This document shows positions 49,631 through 57,720 of a DNA stretch of 64,000 bases, piece after piece; position 1 is the first letter of the stretch; each line of letters starts with the position of its first letter. A model generated the notes under the pieces. It did not search any database, had not been told where the DNA came from, and saw nothing but the letters and a program-made list of their open reading frames with translations. Source of the stretch: a bacterium (GTDB taxonomy: Bacteria > Patescibacteriota > CPR2 > UBA1875 > CAIMLA01); assembly GCA_037129835.1 (NCBI GenBank), contig JBAXUE010000002.1:2334-66333 (forward strand). The letters run 5' to 3'. The translations under genes and the position numbers were made by a program.

Positions 49631-49743
49631 GTATAGTTTCTTCACAGTGGGGTCCCCGAAATCTGCAGGATTTAAGGGGAAGAGGAAGAGTCGCGAAAAG
49701 TTATAGCAACAAAGTTGCGAATACTGACAGCGGACTCTGACGA

Positions 49744-49817
49744 AGGGGCGTAGTTAAACGGTATAACGTAGGTCTCCAAAACCTTTGTTGAGGGTTCGAT
49801 TCCTTCCGCCCCTGCCA
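49744..49817 (+). tRNA. tRNA-Trp (anticodon CCA)
   Basis: Acceptor AGGGGCG/CGCCCCT. Anticodon loop CTCCAAA. T-loop TTCGATT. Discriminator G followed by CCA. 74 nt. Confidence 0.85.
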
Positions 49818-49925
49818 GATTGAGCGCCAGTTAATACCACTGGCGACCGAGGTGCCTAGGTCACCACGGAATATAACCAAGACCAACAAAAAATCTCTTA
49901 AATCTTTACGGTTTAGGGGATTTTT

Positions 49926-51197
49926 TTAGATTTCGACTACTTTACGATCACGAACCGCTAGTTTGACGTTTAAGTTTCGAATTAATTGGGTCTTTTCGGA
50001 CTCAGAACCCTTTTCGAGCACATATTTGGCATAACCTTTGATTACCTCTGTTTTGGAATATTTTTTGTTGGGATTCATGGTTTCGAGCATGTTCTCGAAC
50101 TTTTTAATGGCTTTGGCCAGTCCTGGCTCAATCGATATCTTCTTAACCGTCAGTCTACTGGAAATGATTAGTAGCTGTTCCACTAGGTCCCTTTCGGTTA
50201 TATACGGCTCGTGGCATTCATCTTTGGCGTGTCTGACACAGTGATAGTAAACATGACGGTTTTTATCCCCATTTTTAAGTTTCTTGAACTTTTCTTCACC
50301 AACCATCATTGCACCGCAACTGTAGCAGGTCAAAAATCTCCGAAATGTAAATTCCCTGGAACCCCATTTAACTCTTTTAGGGGCTACGATCTGTTTTTGG
50401 GCTTCGTCAAACAGCTCTTTGGTCACTAATGGTTCATGGGAACCTTTATACCATTTCCCGCTACCGATCGGATATTCAAACATTCCATAGTAGAAAGGAT
50501 TCTTTAGCATTAAATATATTGAGCTTAGGTTCACAAGCTTTCCTTTTCTTGAAGTGGCTCCAATGATGTCTAACCAGACTTTGAGAGTGCGGCCACTCTC
50601 ACCTTTAGCCGCTCGTTTGAACATCTCTGTGACAAACGGTCCACGTTCGGGATCAATGACAATATCATGAACCCCGGCCATCACTCGATTGTAATAACCG
50701 ATTGGCGGCATACACGGTCTCCAGCCCATCTCACATTTAGCCCTGATGCCTCTTTTTACGCTCTCGCCTCTGTTGTCGTTTTCAAGCTTGGCTTGAGAGC
50801 AGAGAATCATCAGCATAAACTTCTCGCTCGGAGTGTTTGTAAAGCTTTGGGTGAAGGTTCTGATTTTAAGAAGTTTCTTATCGTCCATCAGATCCACTAG
50901 CGAACCCAAGTCGCCAGCATTTCTTGAAAGTCGGTCGGGTGCCCAGGTAAGTAGGCTATTTACCTCGCCGCTCCTTAAATCGGTCAGTAACTGCATAAAA
51001 ACTGGTCGTTGTCCCGATTGTTTGGCGGAATAGCTTTCCTGAAGAACTTTGACGACATTAATGCCTTCTTTGACTGCTAACTCCTTCATTTCTTTGATTT
51101 GAGAATCAATTGACATCGCTTGCCGCTCATCAGACTCGGATGATTTTCTGGCGTAAAGGCAGTACTTTAATTCGACTTTATCTGCTGTATTTTCCAT
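49926..51197 (-). CDS. Large serine recombinase (resolvase/integrase family)
   Basis: N-terminal resolvase catalytic domain (YARKSSESDERQ..SIDSQ.....V.E), a recombinase domain, and a C-terminal zinc-ribbon-like CYSCG...YYHC. 423 aa. Confidence 0.8.
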   Translation of the reverse strand: MENTADKVELKYCLYARKSSESDERQAMSIDSQIKEMKELAVKEGINVVKVLQESYSAKQSGQRPVFMQLLTDLRSGEVNSLLTWAPDRLSRNAGDLGSLVDLMDDKKLLKIRTFTQSFTNTPSEKFMLMILCSQAKLENDNRGESVKRGIRAKCEMGWRPCMPPIGYYNRVMAGVHDIVIDPERGPFVTEMFKRAAKGESGRTLKVWLDIIGATSRKGKLVNLSSIYLMLKNPFYYGMFEYPIGSGKWYKGSHEPLVTKELFDEAQKQIVAPKRVKWGSREFTFRRFLTCYSCGAMMVGEEKFKKLKNGDKNRHVYYHCVRHAKDECHEPYITERDLVEQLLIISSRLTVKKISIEPGLAKAIKKFENMLETMNPNKKYSKTEVIKGYAKYVLEKGSESEKTQLIRNLNVKLAVRDRKVVEI

Positions 51198-51322
51198 CGG
51201 GGACGATGGTATCGCTGATTTGAGAGGAATGTAAGTAGAAAATTTGATTATCTTAGGTACAAAAGTGTTTATTTTCTAATCTTTTTGCTATATATTGAAG
51301 ATAGTTTAAAAAAGGAGCAAAT

Positions 51323-52528
51323 ATGCCAGGAGAAGCACCAGCACCATATGAACCAGATTATAAAGAGCACGAAGAAGTTTATGAGACTATGACGGATGAG
51401 CAGGAAAAGCTTACTAGAGAACGAGAAGCTGAACAGTTTAATCGGGAGAATGATCCCAGTATAGCGTTCGAAATGGCGCGACAGGAAGACTACGGCTACA
51501 CTCAAGTAGAGTATCTTACTCGACTTGGGGAAATTTTGGATAAAAGTGACGATGAGATAAATAAGTATGAAGCTACCCATGCTTTAGTTGACGAATATCG
51601 TGAGAAAGTGGACGAGGGGCATAGATTTGGAAGAAGTATACGCTTTAAAGACTTTGCACTGGGTAATAGCTTTACCGAAGATAGGGACAGAAGAGTATCT
51701 AAGGTAGAAACTCCAAAAGACCTTGAAGAGGCGAAGGATTGGACAAAACGACAAGCAGAAGACGCGGCTGAATATTACCAAAGAAGAGGAAGACAAGAAA
51801 AGTTTCTCCAACAGGTCGGGGATCAGCTTTATGAAGAAATAGGGCTTGAGAAAGGTCAGCCATTATCGGCGGCCGAAAATACAGAGTTTCAAAAAGAGCT
51901 TAAGGATAGAGTAGAGAAAGCGAGAGAGGAATATTCATATTCAGACCTTCTTGCGGAGGTCCACTCAATATGGGCAACATACAATGTCTTATGGGGTAGG
52001 ATTACGAATATATTGGAAGATGAAAGAGCAAAATCTCATGTTAAGGGAAGGGAGTCCAGGGATCAAGACGTTGAGCGGTTCGATCTACCATCGCTAGATG
52101 ACAGAGATACTGGCGATGCCCTTGGTGGGAAAATCGAGTATATGTACCCAGAATCTGTTGGGAATGTGATGGGAAGGCTAATCTTACGAAAAATGGACAT
52201 CACAAAGGGCAAATACGCCGGCAACCTTGTTGTTAAGGAAGAGTCTCCACTTCAAGGAAAAATCGATTCATGGGTGGAGCAATATAAGGATCTGGCTGGA
52301 CTTGGCTTTAATTTCGATAGCAAATATGGGCTTCTGGACGCTACGCTATCGAAATTACTCGAAGAAGAATTAATACAACGCTCGCTTACGCCTGAAGCTT
52401 ATAAAGATAAAGATAAGAGGGCTAAGCTTATTAGCCAAATTGGAAATGAGTATAACGCACCCAAAATGCTCGCTGGTGTAGCGGAAAACGAGCTTAAGCG
52501 TAGATTTAATAAGGAAGAGACGATATAA
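51323..52528 (+). CDS. Highly charged 401-aa hypothetical protein (cargo of the integrative element)
   Basis: An AAAGGAG RBS is present. E/K/R/D-rich and probably coiled-coil, with no recognisable catalytic motif. Divergent from the recombinase gene. Confidence 0.5.
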   Translation: MPGEAPAPYEPDYKEHEEVYETMTDEQEKLTREREAEQFNRENDPSIAFEMARQEDYGYTQVEYLTRLGEILDKSDDEINKYEATHALVDEYREKVDEGHRFGRSIRFKDFALGNSFTEDRDRRVSKVETPKDLEEAKDWTKRQAEDAAEYYQRRGRQEKFLQQVGDQLYEEIGLEKGQPLSAAENTEFQKELKDRVEKAREEYSYSDLLAEVHSIWATYNVLWGRITNILEDERAKSHVKGRESRDQDVERFDLPSLDDRDTGDALGGKIEYMYPESVGNVMGRLILRKMDITKGKYAGNLVVKEESPLQGKIDSWVEQYKDLAGLGFNFDSKYGLLDATLSKLLEEELIQRSLTPEAYKDKDKRAKLISQIGNEYNAPKMLAGVAENELKRRFNKEETI

Positions 52529-52556
52529 AGGCGCGATAACGCTACTAATACAATAA

Positions 52557-52592
52557 TAAAGAGGCGGGATAAAGTATCCTGCCTCTTTATTT
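52557..52592 (+). terminator. Strong rho-independent terminator after the 401-aa ORF
   Basis: AGAGGCGGGATA-aag-TATCCTGCCTCT (12-bp stem with one G.U) followed by TTATTTT. Confidence 0.75.
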
Positions 52593-52895
52593 TGGCTAAG
52601 CTAGGGGATACTCGATGTACCCCGCTAGCCAGTGAGACAATTACAAAACTCTTTTTATAGTGTTCCAACTGTTCCAGTCCCACACATTTACGCTTAAAAA
52701 TGAGACACTGACACAAATACGCTTAATAACTGTCTCATTTGTCTCATTTTGTGCTTAAATCTTTAAAAAAATGGTACAGTCCGAAATGTCGTAGGGTGTG
52801 TACCATTTTGTACCAATTTGTACTAAAATAGCCTATGGGTTCTTGAGCGAAGTGCTCTGCCAAAATATAACAAAATAAATGAATCATTTAAAAGA

Positions 52896-52924
52896 TTGAC
52901 AAAAAGCCTAAATTTGAGTAGAAT
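52896..52924 (+). promoter_or_regulatory. Consensus sigma70 promoter TTGACA-N17-TAGAAT for secE-nusG
   Basis: TTGACA at 52896-52901, a 17-nt spacer, and TAGAAT at 52919-52924, about 50 nt upstream of the secE ATG. Confidence 0.55.
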
Positions 52925-52973
52925 ATTATTGTATTAAGAAGCCGAGAGGCTTTTTTAAAATCCAGAGGAATTT

Positions 52974-53174
52974 ATGAAAAAGTTTTTTGGACATATCATC
53001 GGATATTTTAGAGAGTCACTTGTCGAGTTGTCGAAGGTCGTTTGGCCTACTCGAAAACAAGTATTAGAAATGACTTTAGCTGTGTTGATTTTAGCGGCCT
53101 TTATAGCTACACTGCTTGGGGTTTTCGATTATGGTCTGCAGGAAGCATTGAAACAGTTGCTTAAGTTGAAATAA
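52974..53174 (+). CDS. secE: Preprotein translocase subunit SecE
   Basis: 66 aa with the SecE motif ELSKVVWPTRKQ followed by a single TM helix. Confidence 0.85.
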   Translation: MKKFFGHIIGYFRESLVELSKVVWPTRKQVLEMTLAVLILAAFIATLLGVFDYGLQEALKQLLKLK

Positions 53175-53188
53175 TAGGAGTATATACT

Positions 53189-53731
53189 ATGTCAAAACAA
53201 GTTAATGAAGGTCGTAATTGGTACGTAATCCATACTTACTCTGGATATGAAGAAAAGGTAGCAGAAAATCTAAAACAGAGAATTAAGTCTTTGAACATGG
53301 ATGACAAGATTTTTGATGTTATTGTACCCAAAGAAAAGACTATCGAGATAAAAAATGGTAAACGAAAAACAGTAGAAAAGCGGATATTTCCTGGTTATGT
53401 AATGGTAGAAATGATTGTTACAGATGATAGTTGGTATGTTGTCAGGAATACACCACAAGTTACAGGCTTTATTGGTTCGGGTACAAATCCTATTCCAATG
53501 AGCGAACCAGAAGTTTCCTTGATTCAGAGAAGAATGGGCATCGAAGAACCTAAGTTCCAAATCGATTTAGCCAAAGGAGACCTAGTTAATATAAATGACG
53601 GTCCTTTCAAGGGATTTGATGGCGTAGTAGATAATGTAGACCAAGATAAGGGTAAAATAAAGGTTATGGTCAACATGTTTGGTAGAGAAACTCCGGTGGA
53701 GCTAGATTCATTACAAGTAAAAAAGGTATAA
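53189..53731 (+). CDS. nusG: Transcription termination/antitermination factor NusG
   Basis: NGN domain (WYVIHTYSGYEEKV) and a C-terminal KOW (GDLVNINDGPFKGFDGVV). Confidence 0.93.
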   Translation: MSKQVNEGRNWYVIHTYSGYEEKVAENLKQRIKSLNMDDKIFDVIVPKEKTIEIKNGKRKTVEKRIFPGYVMVEMIVTDDSWYVVRNTPQVTGFIGSGTNPIPMSEPEVSLIQRRMGIEEPKFQIDLAKGDLVNINDGPFKGFDGVVDNVDQDKGKIKVMVNMFGRETPVELDSLQVKKV

Positions 53732-53809
53732 ATATATGTGGGAGAGCGGAAGCTCGTTATGACCACAAACCCGCCTCCGCTAATAGCTACGGCAGGGTAA
53801 AGGAGAAAA

Positions 53810-54235
53810 ATGGCTAAAAAAATTATGAAAAAGGTAAAAGTAGAAATCCGAGGCGGACAGGCTAACCCAGCGCCACCGATCGGAACTGCTCTAGGGCCGA
53901 CAGGCGTTAATATTATGGACTTCTGTAACCAGTTTAACGACAAGACCAAAGATAAAATGGGTGTCGTTATTCCTTGTGCAATTAACATTTACGAAGACAG
54001 AACTTTCGATTTTATCATGAAACAGCCACCGGCTGCTGTTCTTATCAAGGCAGAAATAGGCCTAGCAAAGGGTTCTGCAAATTCTAAAAAAGACAAAGTA
54101 GCAACAATGACTAGAGCGCAACTTCGGTCTGTCGCAGAAAAAAAGATGGAAGATTTGAATGCACACAGTATCGAACAAGCCGAAAAGGTTATTGCTGGAA
54201 CAGCGCGTTCAATGGGAATAGAAGTAGAGAAATAA
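53810..54235 (+). CDS. rplK: 50S ribosomal protein L11
   Basis: L11 N-terminal signature (V...GGQANPAPPIG.ALG..GVNIM.FC..FN). Confidence 0.95.
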   Translation: MAKKIMKKVKVEIRGGQANPAPPIGTALGPTGVNIMDFCNQFNDKTKDKMGVVIPCAINIYEDRTFDFIMKQPPAAVLIKAEIGLAKGSANSKKDKVATMTRAQLRSVAEKKMEDLNAHSIEQAEKVIAGTARSMGIEVEK

Positions 54236-54250
54236 TAAACTAACACCACG

Positions 54251-54301
54251 CTGTCATCCTTGCGAAAGCGAGGATATCCTCAGTCAAGCTAAGGATGACA
54301 G
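54251..54301 (+). repeat. Palindromic intergenic element of the TGTCATCC family (copy 6, shortest), in the rplK-rplA spacer
   Basis: CTGTCATCC, a hairpin TCCTTGC-gaaa-GCGAGGA, GGATATCCTC (a variant of the GGATCTC box), and a terminal GGATGACAG that is the exact inverse of the 5' end. Confidence 0.5.
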
Positions 54302-54350
54302 TGAGGCGACTGTGGGAGCTTGAAAGGCGTTATTACCACGAAAGGACATC

Positions 54351-55253
54351 ATGGCCGAAAAGAAAATTGTAAAAAAAGTAGCGAAAGCAAAAAAAGAAGT
54401 AGAGATAGTAGAAGTACTTGAAACTACTGAGGTTGCTACAGTAGTCGAAGAAAAAAAGACTATAAAAAAAGCTACTACCAAGACAAAGACAAATTCACCC
54501 CGTGAAATCTCACATAGTGAGTCTGCTAAAAGCAGAATTTCACAGGGCAAGAAGAAATTAAGTGCTGAAGAAAAAAATCATTCACGTAAATATCGTGAAG
54601 TGATGGGTCTTATTGATAAAACTAAAGAATATAGCATCGAAGAAGCTGTTGGTTTAGCACAAAAAACTGCAACTACCAAGTTTGATTCTAGTGTTGAGGT
54701 TCATATCAGACTTAATGTTGACCCGCAGAATTCTGAGCAGCAAGTTCGTGGTTCTTTGGTTCTACCAAATGGTACAGGGAAGAGTAAAAAAGTTCTCGCC
54801 ATTGTTCCTCCAGAAAAAGAGAAAGAAGCTATTGATGCCGGGGCTGACTTTGCTGGCGGGGAAGATATGATTGCCAAAATAGAAAAAGGTTGGCTTGACT
54901 TCGAGGTTGTAGTAGCTTCACCAGATATGATGCCAAAACTAGGTAAGATTGGTAAAATTTTGGGCACTAAGGGACTAATGCCGAATCCAAAGGTTGGTAC
55001 TGTTACTGCTAATGTTGGTAAGGTCGTTACTGATATTAAGAAAGGCATGATCGAATATCGCGTTGATAAGAACAGTATTATTCATGTTATTATCGGCAAA
55101 GTTTCATTCGATTCAAAAAAATTAGTTGAAAACTATAATGAACTATTTACTACAATTGTTAAGGTTAAGCCAAACGGAGTAAAAGGGACATACATAAAAG
55201 GTATTTCTCTCGCAACTACTATGGGGCCAGGGGTAAAAGTAGTTACAAAATAA
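54351..55253 (+). CDS. rplA: 50S ribosomal protein L1 with a roughly 75-aa Lys-rich N-terminal extension
   Basis: L1 core from about residue 78 (YSIEEAVGLAQKTATTKFDSSVEVHIRLNVDP...VRGSLVLPNGTGK). The N-terminal extension is KKVAKAKKEV... 300 aa total. Confidence 0.9.
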   Translation: MAEKKIVKKVAKAKKEVEIVEVLETTEVATVVEEKKTIKKATTKTKTNSPREISHSESAKSRISQGKKKLSAEEKNHSRKYREVMGLIDKTKEYSIEEAVGLAQKTATTKFDSSVEVHIRLNVDPQNSEQQVRGSLVLPNGTGKSKKVLAIVPPEKEKEAIDAGADFAGGEDMIAKIEKGWLDFEVVVASPDMMPKLGKIGKILGTKGLMPNPKVGTVTANVGKVVTDIKKGMIEYRVDKNSIIHVIIGKVSFDSKKLVENYNELFTTIVKVKPNGVKGTYIKGISLATTMGPGVKVVTK

Positions 55254-55269
55254 TTCTATATTATATTAA

Positions 55270-55297
55270 AAAAGGAAGCCTCGGGGCTTCTTTTTTT
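55270..55297 (+). terminator. Rho-independent terminator after rplA
   Basis: GAAGCC-tcgg-GGCTTC stem followed by TTTTTTT. Confidence 0.75.
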
Positions 55298-55361
55298 ATA
55301 TGAGATATTATATATTATTCACACAAGTGGTATTATTAATCTTGTATAAGAAGGAGTAATC

Positions 55362-55745
55362 ATGGACAAGATAGCCAATATATATAAATGTGATGTTTGT
55401 AATAAAGTAGTCGAGATCATCGGTGCAGGTGATGGTGAACTTTACTGTGATAATAAACCGATGGCACTACAATTGCCAAAAACTGGAGACGGGGCCGTAG
55501 AGAAGCATGTTCCTGTCGTAGAAAAAACCAACCAAGGCTATTTGGTTAAAGTAGGTTCTATCGCTCATCCAATGGAAGAGGCTCATTATATTCAGTGGAT
55601 TCAGTTAGAAGTGGCAGGCGTTCTGTATAGAAAAAATCTTCAACCAGGATATAAACCAGAATTTGAATTTGTTGTAGAAGGTGAGGACAATGAAATTGTT
55701 GCTACAGCATACTGTAATATCCATGGCTTGTGGAATAACTTATAA
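55362..55745 (+). CDS. Desulfoferrodoxin-type superoxide reductase (2Fe-SOR)
   Basis: N-terminal desulforedoxin-like CDVCNKVV...CDNKP (Cys4 centre I). C-terminal centre II ligands (HVP...H...CNIHGLW). An AAGGAG RBS is present. Confidence 0.8.
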   Translation: MDKIANIYKCDVCNKVVEIIGAGDGELYCDNKPMALQLPKTGDGAVEKHVPVVEKTNQGYLVKVGSIAHPMEEAHYIQWIQLEVAGVLYRKNLQPGYKPEFEFVVEGEDNEIVATAYCNIHGLWNNL

Positions 55746-55790
55746 TATAATCATAAATCATCATTATTAATAACTTCAAAGGAGGGGGAT

Positions 55791-56303
55791 ATGGTCGAAG
55801 TAAAAAAGGAAGAAAAGAAAAATAATAATATACTAATTGTTTTATTGGCAATATTACTGACCACTCTATTGGTCGGTGGCACCACTTGGTATTTTATGGA
55901 CCAAAATGCAAAAAATGAAAAAATCACAACAGATGCGGCGATTTCAAAATTAAACAAAAAAATCACCACTTCTGAGAAAAACAATAAAAATACGGTTACG
56001 CCAACTCCTACTGTTTCGGCTGCGTTGACCCCAACACCGACCACCGCCAAAGACACCGTAGAAGCGCTAAGAACCTTCTGCCAGGCTAATGGAGCCCAAA
56101 ATGCCGTTACGGGTGGGATTAGTTACATGGAGTCAGCAAATGGGATTTATGGCAATTGTAGTTTGGAAAATGCAATGTTAATTTCAACAAACGTTAATGG
56201 AACCTGGACGAAGATTTATACAGGTAACGGCGTTATCGAGACCGCCCTTTGTGACCAATATAAGATCCCAAATAAAATGAGCGGTGGTACTTGCAATTAC
56301 TAG
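55791..56303 (+). CDS. Membrane-anchored secreted protein, paralog 1 (TM anchor, Thr/Pro linker, C-terminal 4-Cys domain)
   Basis: N-terminal TM helix, a TPTPT-rich linker, and a C-terminal domain with 4 Cys ending ...YKIPNKMSGGTCNY. An AAGGAGGGGG RBS is present. Paralogous to 56322-56858. Confidence 0.7.
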   Translation: MVEVKKEEKKNNNILIVLLAILLTTLLVGGTTWYFMDQNAKNEKITTDAAISKLNKKITTSEKNNKNTVTPTPTVSAALTPTPTTAKDTVEALRTFCQANGAQNAVTGGISYMESANGIYGNCSLENAMLISTNVNGTWTKIYTGNGVIETALCDQYKIPNKMSGGTCNY

Positions 56304-56321
56304 AGAAAAAATAGGAGTATT

Positions 56322-56858
56322 ATGACCAAAGAACTAGAAACTACAAAAAAAATAATAGATAGACGTAAAATGACTGTTGTTGTAGGAATAACTACAGTAG
56401 CGGTGGCTTTAGTTTGTGGTGCAGTTTGGTATTATATGGCACAGCAAGAAAATTTTTCTACCGAAAAAACTAAAAAAGAAACAGTCATTTCGAAAGATAG
56501 CATAATAGTAACAGCGTCGGTAACACCTACAACTACAATATCTCCTTCAGGTACTCCGTCGCCAACACCAACGATTAAAACAAATACTAATAGCGCTCAA
56601 GCGTTAAAAGCATTTTGCCAAGAGAATGGTGGTTCAAGTGATGCGACGGATGGAATAAGTTATATGGAGACGGCAAATGGTGTTTATGGTATCTGTACTA
56701 TGGTAAATGGGAAAACCTTAGAAAGCACAACATTTATAGCCGCTGAGATAAGTGGTGTATGGACTAAGGTTTGGAATGGGAATGGTGTGATTGATCTTAC
56801 TACTTGTAATAAATATAAGATCCCAAATAAAATGAGCGGTGGGGCCTGTAACTACTAA
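56322..56858 (+). CDS. Membrane-anchored secreted protein, paralog 2
   Basis: Same architecture as paralog 1. The C-terminal domain aligns (AFCQENGG...ISYMETANGVYG.C......CNKYKIPNKMSGGACNY). Confidence 0.7.
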   Translation: MTKELETTKKIIDRRKMTVVVGITTVAVALVCGAVWYYMAQQENFSTEKTKKETVISKDSIIVTASVTPTTTISPSGTPSPTPTIKTNTNSAQALKAFCQENGGSSDATDGISYMETANGVYGICTMVNGKTLESTTFIAAEISGVWTKVWNGNGVIDLTTCNKYKIPNKMSGGACNY

Positions 56859-56875
56859 AAAATATAGGGGGAATT

Positions 56876-57436
56876 ATGCTAAAAGTAAAAGATACTTCAA
56901 AAAATAAAATTAACTGGCGAATAATCGTCATAACTGTAGTGGTTGCCTTAGTAACTGCTGGCGCAGTAGGTGGCGGTGTCTGGTATAATATGGACCAAAA
57001 TGAAAAAAATGCTAAGACGGCAAACGAAAAAGAATTAGCAACTCTTAAAAGTCAAATTAAAGACACTCCTACGATTACGCCAACTTCTAACCCGACACCT
57101 ACTTCAACATCAAAAGCCGATATCGTTCTTACTGATAGTGATTATTTAAATTTTTTAACTATAAATAAATCAGGATGGGTAAAGACAGATTCTTATGTTG
57201 CGCCTATTATATCGAAAAATGATGGAACTTGGGCTATTACATCTCCGTTGCCAATTTTATATGACACCACGAGCGGGTATCACATTCCTGGCATGGGTGG
57301 TTCTATCTATGTTTGGCATAAAGTAAGTGGTTCATGGGAATTTGTTGGACAAGGGGGAGAGGGTGGATATGATGATGCAGTAAAGGCAGTTTATTCCCAA
57401 ATTCCCATCACTGTCATTCCAGAAAGTAGTCGCTAG
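56876..57436 (+). CDS. Membrane-anchored secreted protein, paralog 3 (same anchor and linker, different Cys-free C-terminal domain)
   Basis: TM anchor and a TPT linker (DTPTITPTSNPTPTSTSK), followed by a distinct Gly/Trp/Tyr-rich domain. An AGGGGGAAT RBS is present. Confidence 0.65.
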   Translation: MLKVKDTSKNKINWRIIVITVVVALVTAGAVGGGVWYNMDQNEKNAKTANEKELATLKSQIKDTPTITPTSNPTPTSTSKADIVLTDSDYLNFLTINKSGWVKTDSYVAPIISKNDGTWAITSPLPILYDTTSGYHIPGMGGSIYVWHKVSGSWEFVGQGGEGGYDDAVKAVYSQIPITVIPESSR

Positions 57437-57463
57437 AATATAGTCTGAATCTGTTCATAACTA

Positions 57464-57490
57464 GAGCCACTGCGGTGGCTCTTTTTTATT
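57464..57490 (+). terminator. Rho-independent terminator after the paralog array
   Basis: AGAGCCAC-tgcg-GTGGCTCT stem followed by TTTTTT. Confidence 0.75.
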
Positions 57491-57597
57491 ATAAAATATT
57501 TCTCATCTGTGGATAAGTGTACAGCATTATTAACAAACGGGGGATTTCTTTTAATAGATAAAAGCCATAATAAGCCATAAAAGAATGAATTGATCAC

Positions 57598-57680
57598 ATG
57601 GTGGGGGAAAATACGTAAAAATATAGACAAGTGGTGTACAGGTGGTGTAAAATGGTGACACGTGGGGAATAGTGGGGAAA
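57598..57680 (+). promoter_or_regulatory. Putative MraZ operator: phased direct repeats (G/A)TGG(T/G)G upstream of mraZ
   Basis: GTGG at 57600, 57631, 57642, (ATGG) 57652, 57662 and 57672 give a 10-11 bp periodicity, immediately upstream of the mraZ start at 57721. Confidence 0.5.
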
Positions 57681-57720
57681 CGGAGGGTTTTCCCCCTACT
57701 CCGCGAAAGGGGCAAAAAAG

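Larger units (their letters stand above)
49897..52765. mobile_element. Putative small integrative element (serine recombinase plus cargo ORF) inserted between tRNA-Trp and secE, bounded by a 12-bp direct repeat CTTAAATCTTTA
   Basis: A large serine recombinase gene abuts the tRNA-Trp 3' flank. The exact repeat CTTAAATCTTTA occurs at 49897-49908 and 52754-52765. It interrupts the otherwise conserved rpmG-tRNA-Trp-secE-nusG linkage. A repeat-rich region lies at the right end. Confidence 0.5.

Noticed and set aside
51269-51811. Minus-strand ORFs 51269-51580 and 51584-51811 inside the integrative element
   Set aside because: They overlap the divergent promoter region and the plus-strand 401-aa gene, which has a strong RBS. 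The Phe/Ile-rich translations are typical of an AT-rich antisense frame.
57508-57516. DnaA box TGTGGATAA as a marker of the replication origin
   Set aside because: It is a single box with no cluster, no AT-rich DUE, and no adjacent dnaA or dnaN. That is insufficient for an oriC call.
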